A stretch of 64,000 nucleotides of DNA from Azolla caroliniana (lineage: Eukaryota; Plantae; Polypodiophyta). The notes beneath the pieces were generated by a model. That model ran no database searches. It saw only the letters and a list, made by a program, of their open reading frames with translations, and was not told the DNA's origin. The position numbers and the translations under genes are program-made. Positions 52,937 through 64,000 of the stretch are shown one piece after another; position 1 is the first letter of the stretch; each line of letters begins with the position of its first letter. The DNA lies in assembly GCA_043228905.1 (NCBI GenBank), contig JBHGNT010000015.1, positions 6,386,001 through 6,450,000 of the forward strand. The letters run 5' to 3'.

Positions 52937-55900
52937 TGTCGTGCCTTACGACGCCAGATCGTTGCGTGAGTCGGGTGGGAACCACTGGGGTTTTGGACTA
53001 GGAGGAGGAAGAATTTGAGACAAGTCTAATTATGAATAGATTATATAAACGAGAGATAGAAACTTGTGAATCCCACAAGTATAGTTGTTTTAGTTTATCT
53101 TAATCGTAGTAATAAATTGAAATAATTTAGAATAGATTAGAGTAGATTGAGAAAAGAGATCAAACCTCGTGAATTCCATAAATATTATATTAATCAATAT
53201 TTATGTAAGAATATGAATTTAGATTGAAAGAAAAGGATATAGAAATCTCGTGAATCCCAAGAGTATAGTTTATTTCGTGAATCCCACGAATATATTTTAT
53301 TAATTGGTGTCTTTTAGAAATATATCCAATTTCCAAATATTTCACCCCCCCCCCCCCCCCCCCATTACATTGTGCTCCTCCATCCTTATATAGTGATGAG
53401 AGAGTCTTAATAATCCATACTTTTTCTCTAACAATAGACTATATGCTTTTTCTAACTTGATGCGTTTTTATCGACTATAGTGTTTATGCACGCTAGATGT
53501 GCATGTGTAGATTTTTCTTTTATCATGCGTTTTCTTCTAACTAAAGTTTATTCTAGCGTGAACTTACCTTTCTATGTGGGACATCTAGTTTATCATTATA
53601 AATGATGTGTTAATGTAATGGTAAGGCTTTACATTATTAACATGGAGGTACAAGGTTCGAATTTTGCCCGCACATCCTCCGGTATGTGCCGAAGTTGTCG
53701 GTGATTGTTAGTCTCCTCTGTCCGGTCTCCACCCGATTGGTTTCGTTGCCTGTTCCGTTGCAAGTTTCTGGTTGCCGGCTTTGCCCAGTCACCGGTTCTC
53801 GTAATTCTCCTTTACTCGTAGTACCCTTCGTTTCTCTAGCTATGTCGACTTTGTCTCTCCATTTTGCGCATATCCATTCTTTCCACCTGAACCATTTTGT
53901 TGCCATCTGATCCACCATAGTCTTCGTTCACTGTTTGCATGGCCATGGCCGGTTGTCACGACTCCTCGTGCTCCTCTTGAGCATAACCCTTCATGTCTTG
54001 TGCATGTGCGATGCTTCCCACTTTGTCCACCTTTGTCATATAATCTCGCATTAGAGTTAACAATCTTCATGTTATAGCCCTCCTTTGTCAAGATCTCATC
54101 CTTGGTAACACCCTTCATATTTACTTGGCTTGCTTGGTCCTTGTCATCCTTTGTAGTGCACCTGCTTGACCTCTTTCTCGTAATCGTCAACCTTGATCTC
54201 TTCGACCTCCGGTTGAGTCAGATTAGCTTATTTCTGAATCGGTCTTGACCGATCGTCTTTTAGTTGAATCGGCTTTTGTTCCGATTCAGACTCGGTTGAT
54301 CGGTTTTTACTGATTCGGCCCCCTTTCGGGTCGGTTTCGACCGATCGGTTTTCGTCCAGATTTGTTTCCTTTTCCTTGTTTTCACTGGCCTCAACCGGTT
54401 CGACCTCCGGCATTTCTTTCCATTGTCTGCCGCATAGGTCCTCCGATTGGCCCCCTAGTCACTCAAATCGCACGCCGGATTCTGCCCCTCGCATGCCACC
54501 TTCGTTCCTCCTTTGGCTCGATCGTCCCCTCGTCTTGAGCATCTTGCCGTGCTGTCTCTCTTCGTTCCACGCTTGCCTTCTATATGCTCTACCCACACGT
54601 CGATGTTGACCTCCGAATACATACTCGCTCTTAGGTCCTCGTGCAGCCGTAATGCACACTTCATTTCTTGTCATAGTGCATGTGTCGTATTATGCTGTAG
54701 TGCATGCTTCGTATTCTGTCGTAGTGCGTGCTCCATTTTGTGTCGTAGCGCGTGCTCCATATTACGCGCTTCTCCCGTCGTAGACCCGACCTCCGCGTTG
54801 TTGTGTTTTCGTTTAGATCAGAATTTCGGACTGACCATCTTCCATCCGAACCGGCTTCCGACTTTACCTTCCTCACCGTCATCTCCCGTCTCTCTGGTCT
54901 CATGTTGCTTCTCAGACACAACCGCCGAAGTCTCTAGGATTAGTGGGCAGGAATCCTCGGTATTATCGTTCTCCGTTGTTTCACCCATAGCTACCTTCTT
55001 GGCTATCTCTCCGTCGTATGCATCATATTCGAACTTTGTTTTCTCTCTGCCACCTTCCATGTCTTCGGTCTCACGTTGTCTTTCGAATGCAACTGCTGAA
55101 GTCTCTAGAACTAGTGGTGGGAAAGTCTTCATACAACCATCCGCCATTGATTCGTCCATAGCCACCTCCGATTTAATGTCATCTTTTGTGGCTACCTCCT
55201 CAATCACGTCTGGCTCGCACTCTTTATCTCCCTTGATCATGCAAGCATCGATTATGCTTACCCCTTTCTCTCTCGATGTTTTGGATACTCGTATCCCGAA
55301 ACCTTCTTCCGTTCTTGAAGTGGTGTTCACCACTCTCAAGTCATCGACCTTATCCTTGGCCGCCATTCTTTCGCAAGACAAGAGGATGCCTTGTTCCACA
55401 CCCTCTCCCGTGGCACCGTTGAATCGTACTTCGGCCTTCGTATCAACCACATTGTTCATCCTTAATCGATCATTCCTTATAGGCCATGTTGTTCTCGACA
55501 ATATTCTCGTCTTCCTCTTATCATATCTTTGGCATACTCTTTCGACTTCAGCCCAATCCTCGGTAAGGCCATTTGCACTATCATCATCTTCGAGTTTGCT
55601 CCCGATGTCCATCCTTTCTTTCCGATCAATAGATCTTATGAACATTAGGACTATCTTCCCCTACCAATCTTTGTTCCCGCTCTGAGAGTTGAGCAAAATG
55701 ATATTCAAACTCTAGGAATGCTTCTGTTACACTTCAGTGGGTCTTTGCCGATGCCACCCATTTGTCGAACTCGCGTCAATCTCGTCCCTTTGGTCTCTCA
55801 TAGTCATATGCCTCTCGTAAACCTTCTTTAAAGGACCCCCATGTCGGGTTTTGTTGCCGTATCTTGTGGATTCTCTCTTGTAGCTCATCCGTGGCCACCC

Positions 55901-57907
55901 GACTGAAGGATAACACTTGCAATCCTTCCGGTATCCCATGTCGCATCATTGCCGCCTTGTAGTCACATAGATAACGTGACATATCCTTTCCTTTGAATTG
56001 TCCGTTTCGTTGTATAAGCCGCTTTACTACCACCGTGATCTCCGATATCGCTCGTTGTTCTTGTAGCATCCGCTCGAACATCATCAACATCGTGTTCATC
56101 GCCTCGTGTTGATTCTCCATCTCCTTGTCACCCGTCTTCACGTCGGGTTCACCACTTGTGTTGTGCCTTACGGTGCCAGATCGTTGTGTGAGTCGGGTGG
56201 GAACCATTGGGGTTTTGGACTAGGAGGAGGAAGAATTTGAGACAAGTCTAATTATGAATAGATTATATAAACGAGAGGTAGAAACTTGCAAATCCCAAAA
56301 GTATAGTTGTTTTAGTTTATCTTAATTGTAGTAATAAATTGAAATAGTTTAGAATAGATTAGAGTAGATTGAGAAAAGAGATCAAACCTCGTAAATTCCA
56401 TAAGTATTATATTAATCAATATTTATGTAAGAATATGAATTTAGATTGAAAGAGAAGGATATAGAAATCTCGTGAATCCCACGAATATATTTTATTAATT
56501 GGTGTCTTTTAGAAATATATCCAATTTCCAAATATTTCACACCCCCCCATTACATTGTGCTCCTCCATCCTTATATAGTGATGAGAGAGTCTTAATAATC
56601 CATGCTTTTTCTCTAACAATAGACTATATGCTTTATCTAATGTGCTTTTTCTAAAGTGATCTTGCTTTTTCTAACTTGATGCGTTTTTATCGACTATAGT
56701 GTTTATGCACGCTAGATGTGCATGTGTAACTTTTTCTTTTATCATGCGTTTTCTTTTAACTAAAGTTTATCCTAGCGCTGTCGTAGTGTATTTCGTACAC
56801 TACGTGAAAAAGTAAAAATAATATAACCGATTTAATTACATATAAATAAATAAAATAAGAATATTAAGATATTTATCACCAATAAATAAAATAAGAATAT
56901 CAAGATATTTATCACGTGCATAGGGCAAGATTCGAACCATGTACCTCCACGTAGCCAAACTTCAACTTTACCATTATGCTACCTTATCTTTAGTGTTCTA
57001 TAAATAGATTTAATAACTATAAGTGCTTTATTTGCGCCTACCTTTATTAAAAGGTAAACCATGCATTTTTAGAGTGCGTGAATATTTTATAGAGAAACGC
57101 AAGCAACTAAAAAGTGACTCATGCACATCTAGCGTGCATGAGCACTATATTTAGCAAATAAAAGCAAGGATTAGAAAAGCATCACATGCATATTTAGTGT
57201 GCATGAACATATTAGAAAAAAGCATGTAGCTATGCTTAGTCTCTCCCATCACTACATAAGGATGGGGAGCACAATGTAATAGGGTGTGAAATATTTGGAA
57301 ATTGGATATATTTCCGAAAACACCAACCGATTAATATAATCGTGGGATTCACGAAAATAATATAATCTATACTTGTGGGATTCACAAGTTTCTTATATCT
57401 TTCTTTCAATCTAAATTCATATTCTTACATAAATATTGATTAATGTAATACTTGTGGGATTCACAAGTTTCTTATATCTTTCTTTCAATCTAAATACATA
57501 TTCTTATCTAAATATTGATTAATCGAATAAAATACACTCGTGGGATTCACGAAATTTCTATCTCTCTTTCTAATAATCTATTTATTACTAGCCTCATCTC
57601 ATATTCTTCTTTCTCCTAGTCCAAAACCTCGGTGGTTCCCACCCGACTCACGCAAACGATCCGGAGCCGAAAGGCACGACAGCGCGAACTTACCTTTCTA
57701 TATGTGACATCTAGTTTATTATTATAAATGATGTGTTAGTGTAATGGTAAGGCTTTACATTATTTACATTATTAACATGGGGGTACAAGGTTCGAATCTT
57801 GCCCTATGCATGTATGATGTATTTTAACATTTTCTTCTATTTCTTCATATTTATTGAATCAGCTATTTTATACGTTTTTCACGTAGTGTACGAAATACAC
57901 TACGACA
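52937..57907 (-). mobile_element. tRNA-Trp-primed Ty3/gypsy-type element G, internally deleted (no pol detected)
   Basis: 5' LTR 56159-57907 (interrupted) and 3' LTR 52937-53669 (missing ~100 bp of U3 and the PPT). PBS TGGTGAACCCGACGTGAA at 56137-56154. Gag-like ORF 55776-56123 (GQFKGKDMSRYL...TWGSFKEGLREAY). 4-bp TSD ACGC. Confidence 0.85.
56779..57681 (+). mobile_element. Solo LTR (903 bp) of a family related to G, inserted antiparallel into the 5' LTR of G
   Basis: TGTCGTAGTG...GGCACGACA with TSD GCGC (56775-56778, 57682-57685). The uninterrupted site is visible in the 3' LTR at ~53555. Confidence 0.92.
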
Positions 57908-58289
57908 ACGCATAGTGATGCACCATGTAGTCATTGTATCCGTACTAGATTACAAGGTTTTTCTCTGGTTCGCCAATTTCAAGGCCCTCTTGGTAGACTT
58001 CAACCATATATGCATAGTGATGCGTCGTTATATCCATACCATATTACGAGGTTTTTCTCTGGTTCGCCGATTTCAAGGTCCTCTTGGAAGATTTCGAACT
58101 CATTTCCGGAGGTTTATCTTCGCTCTTGGTTGTGTCAGATTCACTCCGATCCGACACGCATCTTCCCCTTCTCCTTGCGCGTAAACCGTCTCCTCGGTTT
58201 TTGGCGTGGGGACTGCATGGCCGAATCTCCATTACTCGCCGACTCATTTGACTGGTCGTTCCGACTGTTGAATACGGGTTTCTAATGGA

Positions 58290-59295
58290 CGTATTCACAC
58301 CGTCTCCTTTTGTACACACCAGGCTTAGGATATTTATGTAAATAGTGAGAAGGGCAGTTGCCCTAAGTGAGTCAGTATGTAAACTGACGTTGTAACCTAG
58401 TTAGTGGTTGTTGTTTTAAGTTGAAATATACTCAAGTGACGTTGTGCCTAACTGTCTCTCTCACTTGTGTACTAGTTGTATTGTTTTGTCTTTACTGCCA
58501 TCAAATATACGATCTTGCATTCTTTCTCGATCTTATCCTAGAAGAATGTTGATCTTGTTCCACATTAGATGACGGTGATCCCAACATATGGTATTAGAGC
58601 CTTTATAATCTTCGTATGAAAGAGTTCGACTCGGTCCAGGCACACCTGAATGAGTACGAAAGCTTAAGTTCCCAAATTTCGGCCCAGGGGACAATTATCG
58701 AGGATGAACTAAAAGCAATGCTGCTTATGAGTAGTCTTCCTCCTTCGTGGGAAACTTTCGTCACAACCGTGTGCAATGCGTTGACAGCTGCCGTCAAGTA
58801 CTCTTTAGTCACGAGCGCAATTTTGACTGAAGCAGCTCGGAGAAAATCGTTTGCTAACGATTGAACCAACATCTCTTACGTAGTACAAGGTTCGACCGAT
58901 CGATCGAACAGCCGTGGAAGAGATTCTTCACGGAAACCGAACAATCAACGAAGTCGGAGCAAGTGACAGGATAATCGAGTATGCAACTATTGCAAGAAAT
59001 CCAGACACATCAAAGCCGATTGTTGTGCACTCAAGGATAAAAACGATAAGGCTTAGAGAGCTGAGCAGAAGAGTGGCTGACACGAGGAGATCAACTACAT
59101 TGGCTCTTCGGCCGAAGTATTGATAAATGACCCAAATATACTATCAATTGAGAACCCAATCGAATCAGAAGTTCTGCTTACCACTAAAGGATCAAGCACG
59201 TGGCTCTTAGATTCGGGTGCATCTTTTCATGTGACTCCTCATTGATCCCAATTTCGGTAATACACAGCCTGACATTCCGACTCAGTTCGGGTAGC
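58290..59295 (+). mobile_element. Ty1/copia 5' fragment (partial LTR, PBS, deleted gag, protease start)
   Basis: LTR end CCCAACA and PBS TGGTATTAGAGC 58589-58600. UBN2-type gag LLMSSLPPSWETFV, knuckle CNYCKKSRHIKADC, protease WLLDSGASFH. Confidence 0.8.
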
Positions 59296-59297
59296 TT

Positions 59298-59803
59298 CGA
59301 CATGTGCTTCTCCTCAAGCATTGCACGTGCCGCTTCCTCTATAGTTGGATTCTTCCGTTCGGCCACACCGTTCTGCTCCGGTGTGTATCTGCAAGAGAAC
59401 TCTCGTCGGATTCCCTCCTTCTGTAGATAGCTTGAGAATTGGTCGGAAAAATACTCTTTTCCGCCATCACTTGATTTTCCTTCCAGCCTCCCGTTCAGCA
59501 CACCCAAGTGTGCCGAGTGTAGTCATCGATGAAGGTTACAAAGTAACGATCCCCACCGATACTCATGTTCTACGTTAGCCCCCACTCATCCGAATGGATC
59601 AAATCGAGCTTGTTACGACTCCAATTATGCTCATTGGGGAATGGAAGTCGGTGTTACTTCCCTAACTAATAGGCTTTGTTGACTTGGCCCTTTTGGCCAC
59701 TGAATTTCAGCAAGGAAAAAATGATGTTCTTTGTCTACATCTCTCGAAGCTGTGGGAAGTTGATGTAGCTGAACCGCTTGTGCCACAAGTAGATGTCCGA
59801 TTT
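59298..59803 (-). mobile_element. Integrase fragment of the copia B family
   Basis: SDGGKEYFSDQFSSYLQKEGIRREFSCRYTPEQNGVAERKN. Confidence 0.85.
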
Positions 59804-60133
59804 TGTTAAGATTTCGGTCCCTCCGGATGGGATGATGAAGGCCCGGTGAGAACCGGATGATGAAGGCCCGGTAAGAACTGGATGATGAGTATTCGGCAAG
59901 GAAGACATGGTGAGAACCAGATGATGCAGGCCCGGTGAGAAGCTCTCACCGGATGAAGGGACATATATGGAAATATGTTTCTGAGAGTCCATTGGGGCTA
60001 TATCTGTAAATAGTCCTAATGTCATATTAGTATAAATATGACCTAGGGCAAACAGAGTGTGTGTGTATCATTGTTGTTGTCATTATTTTGTATAGAGTTA
60101 TTGGTGTAACTGATGTACAGAGCGTAGCAGAGG

Positions 60134-60174
<41 letters not shown>

Positions 60175-63100
60175 TCTGTTGTAACCGCTGCAAGGCGAAG
60201 ATTGTGACCACAAGGTCACTGCCTCCGAGCTTACTTGTATTCCTCTCGACATAGTGATAGTTAGAGTTTGTGAACTCCCATGGTTTTCCCATTTAGGGTT
60301 TTCCACGTTAACATCCTGTGCATTCTTTTTTGTTTGTGTGCTTACTTCCATTTCTCCAATTTTACTGTGTTTGATTATCATTAAGTGATCCAAGCCTCGG
60401 TTGTGGCCGAAGATTATTCCGCATATTCTCATCAATCTGGTATCAGAGCGAAACAACACAGAAAATGGAAGATTCATTTGGCGGCATGTTCAAGCTCATC
60501 GGCTCCAACTACTAAGTGTGGAAGTCGAAGATGAGGGACATGCTTGTGGTTAAAGATCTTTGGCTGTCGGTTCAGTTCGGGGACAAGAGATCGGACAAGA
60601 TCGATGACACGATATGGACATGAAGAAAACGGCGTACATACGGTGCTTCATGAACATGAGCTTGTACAACAACTTTAATGAGAAGAGTAAGGCTCATGAG
60701 CTCCGGGAGAAGATTAACATTATGTTTCAGAACAAAAATGATGTTAATTGGGTTTCGGTATTTCGGAAGCTAGTGAGGCTTCGGTACCAAGATGGCTCCA
60801 GTATGGCGGAGCACATGAATGCCTTCCAGGGGTTGATTCACCAGGCAACATCGTTGGAAGTACCTCTCGCCGATGAGGTACTAGCACTGCTCCTGCTCGG
60901 TTCCCTCCCGGATAGCTGGGATCCGTTGGTTGTCACTTTGGGCAATGCTGGCCTGGAAGGGAAACAGTTATCCCTAGCAAGAGTTAAATCGAGTTTGCTA
61001 GATGAGGAGGCGCATCGGAAAGACAAGGATATGAGCTTCGATTCCAAAGCGCTCCTTACCGAATCAGAATGTGGAAGACAAAGGAATCAGAGTCCCAAGA
61101 ACCGGGAAAAGTCAGGGACACGGTCAAAGTCAAGGGGAAGGCCCACTTGCTTCTATTGCGGCAAGCCGGGGCACTTCTAGAAGAACTGTCGGCATTTCTG
61201 GAAAGACAAGGGAACCGACAATACCGATTCAAAGAAGTCACCGGATCGAAACGGTTCGGATCAGCGAGGACCGGACTGGAAGGGAACGACGTCAATCACG
61301 GCAAGTGAAGAAGAGTTGATGCTCATCACCGAGGAGAGTGAGTTGAACCTTGCCGGCGATGAGACAACGTGGGTTGTTGATTCCGGACCGTCGTTCCACC
61401 TGACCCCGGACCGGAAATGCTTCTCATCCTACACAGCCGATGAGCATGGCTGTGTCCGGATGGGGAATGAAGGGACATGCCGAATTGTCGGCATAGGAGA
61501 CGTTTGTTTGACAACACCAACCGGATGCAAGTTGCACCTGAAGGATGTCCAACACGTTCCGGAGGTTCGACTGAACCTTATATCAACCGGTCGGCTAGAT
61601 GATGAAGGCTACACGGGTAGCATCCGAAACGGTGTCATGAAGTTCAGCAATGGGAGCCTGATAGTGGCTCAGGCCTGGAAAGTCAACACACTGTACCTGA
61701 TGAATGCCCGGTTATGCCGGGAAGAAGTGAACGTGGCATCTGACACTGCCGGTGAGCTGTGGCACAGGAGACCGTGTCACATGAGCGTGAAGGGGATGAA
61801 GAGGCTTGCCGATGACAACCACATTTTGGTGAAAGACGTGCATCTTGAGAAGCAAAACCGGACCTCCTTCCGATCACGGCCACCGATGAGACGTAATGCA
61901 CCACTGGAGCTAGGGCATACCGATGTGTGCCAAGTGGACACGAAGTCACATGACGGATCACAGTACCTCGTGACGTTCATAGATGACCACAACCAGTAGC
62001 TGTGGGCCACGCCGTTGAAGATAAAGGATCAGGTGTTATCCGTCTTCAAGGAGCTCCACGCGAGAGTGGAAAGAGAAACCGACCGGAAGTTGAAGGCGGT
62101 TCGAGCAGATAACGGAGGCGAATACCGGGGGCAGTTTGAGGAGTATTGCCGCTCGAAGGGAATCCGGCTCGAATTTACCATGCCGAAGACGCCAGAACTA
62201 AACGGGTTGGCCGAGAGGATGAACCAGACCATAATGGAGAGGGTCCGGAGTATGCTAGGACATGCAAAGCTACCCAAGACATTTTGGGCTGAGGCGCTGT
62301 CGACAACGACGTATGTGATAAACAGATCACCCTTAGTACCCTTGGACGGAGACATGCCGCAGAGAGTGTGGACCGGTAAGGAAGTGTCTTACCGGCATCT
62401 GAAGGTGTTTGGGTGTCTCGCTTACGTGCATGTTGCAAAGGACCGGAGAGCAAAGTTGGATCCAAAGTCCCAACCTTGCATATTCCTCGGATACAACGAT
62501 GATGAGTTCGGCTACCGAGTGTGGGATCCTGTCGACAAGAAGGTTTTCCGGAGTCGAGATATTATCTTCATGGAGGACAAGACCCTTGCCGACAGGGAGT
62601 CGGAGAAGAAGATAATGAACTTTGAGTTGACTAGTAAGGATCGGTTCGATGAGATTCGGACCTACCTGGCTAAGAGCCAGTTGACACTCGAAGAACTAGC
62701 CAGTTACGGTGAGGATACTAAACCGGCAGAAGAAGTAGAAGAAGCAGAAACCGGAACCAGCCAAGACCCTGAATCGGATTCGGATGAAGAACAAACAAAG
62801 GAGCTGGTTGCCGAAAGCCAAAGACAGAGATATCCTCTCAGAGAGAGAAGGCCCCCTCGGAGATTTCCGGATTCAGAGCGCGTGTTGCTAACCGATGAGG
62901 GGGAGCCGGAAAGCTTCGAAGAAGAAAAGGAGGACACCCACAGCCGCAAGTGGTTGAGTGCCATGTAGGACGAGATGGATTCCCCGCTTGAGAAGCACAC
63001 GTATGAACTAGTGGAGTTGCCGAAAGGAAAGTGGGCACTCCGGAATAAGTGGGTGTACAAGTTGAAACCGGGAGATGTCGGCAAATCCCCAAGGTACAAA

Positions 63101-64000
63101 GCCAAGATTGTGGTGAAGGGGTTCCAACAGAAGAAGGGAGCATCCGGTAGTAAAGATGACTTCCATCCGGACGGTGCTGAGCATAGGGGCAAGCATGGAC
63201 CTTGAGATAGAGCAGTTAGATGTGAAGACGGCGTTCCTCCACGACGACCTCGAAGAGGAGATCTACATGCAGCAACCAGAGGGATTTGTGAAGAAAGGGA
63301 AGGTGCACCTGGTGTGCCGGTTGAAGAAGAGCCTCTACGGTTTGAAGCGAGCTCCCCAGCAATGGTACTGGAAGTTCGACTCCTTCATGACCGATCAAGG
63401 GTACCACAAGACACAGGCCGATCACTGCGTATTTGTGAAGAAGTTCGAAGGTGGAGACCTCCTGATACTTCTCCTGTACGTGGACGGCATGTTGATCGTC
63501 AGACGAGACCAAGTCAAGATACAGATGATGAAGAAGGCCCTGAACTGGACTTTCTCAATGAAAGACTTGGGTCCGGCAAGACAGATACTGGGGATGCATA
63601 TCATCTGGGACTAGTCAACGAAGCAATTGTGGCTGTCACAGGAGAAGTAGGTGACAAAGGTGCTTCACCGGTTCAACATGTCAGACGTGAAACGGGTCGG
63701 ATCGACATTTCCAGCAAACTGCAAGCTATCCGGTAAGCAAAGCCTGAAGATGAAGGCAGAGAAGGCGGATATGATAAAGATACCATATGCCTTTGCCATC
63801 GGGAGCCTAATGTACGCAATGGTGTGTACCTGACTGGAGATAGGATACACAGTTGAAGTGGTGAGCTGGTTTATGAGCAATCCCGGCAAGGAGCACTGGA
63901 ATGCGGTAAAGTGGATACTCTGGTACTTGAAAGGCACCTCAAGTATGTGTCTCCGATTCAACTCTGGTAAACCCCAACTTAACAGTTTCACCGATTTGGA
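59804..64000 (+). mobile_element. Ty1/copia element (Tnt1/Tork-like), 5' LTR to RT, continuing beyond the window; several stops
   Basis: LTR 59804-60434 and perfect tRNA-Met PBS TGGTATCAGAGC 60438-60449. Gag from 60465 (LLLGSLPDSW, CFYCGKPGHF), protease WVVDSG, INT (DNGGEY, PELNGLAERMN), RT (QLDVKTAFL, KKSLYGLK, LYVDGM). Confidence 0.93.

Larger units (their letters stand above)
52020..58285 (-). mobile_element. Scrambled Ty1/copia RT-region fragments (52020-52936 and 57908-58285) flanking an inserted gypsy
   Basis: WVEAMNEEMQALCKNETWDLV and FEMKDMQELHYFIGIEV motifs. The YAYMAKVA motif is split exactly at the gypsy insertion. Confidence 0.8.

Noticed and set aside
54513-55685. 390-aa plus-strand Ser-rich ORF as a host or env-like gene
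   Set aside because: It is the antisense shadow of the purine-rich, low-complexity internal region of element G and has no recognisable domain.
56917-56985. Functional tRNA genes in LTRs
   Set aside because: Only the A/B boxes are recognisable. Acceptor and anticodon stems do not pair, so they are reported as tRNA-like cassettes instead.

Overview
Eukaryotic land-plant nuclear DNA, most consistent with a fern or other seed-free vascular plant (inferred from the WOX homeodomain type and the transposon lineages). About 80% is decayed, nested retrotransposon sequence. 0.5-21 kb is a Russian-doll nest: DNA-transposon-like relic > non-chromovirus Ty3/gypsy > Ty1/copia > chromovirus > Tcn1-like chromovirus with both LTRs and TSD. 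21-30.9 kb is rearranged copia pieces, 30.9-35.1 kb an RTEX-like LINE, and 52.9-57.9 kb a tRNA-Trp-primed gypsy with a solo LTR inside its own LTR. A Tnt1/Tork-like copia runs off the right end. One host gene, a predicted 4-exon ~968-aa WOX homeobox transcription factor (43975-48282, +), sits in a TE-poor island. The most unusual signals are RNA-level. (1) The LINE ORF1 and ORF2 are in frame, separated by a single UAG that is followed by a 13-nt element complementary to a 3' UTR hairpin 3.4 kb away. (2) Antisense tRNA-like A/B-box cassettes lie in U3 of two unrelated gypsy LTR families. (3) A hairpin encloses the PPT/LTR junction in four copia copies. All calls were made by eye, without database searches.
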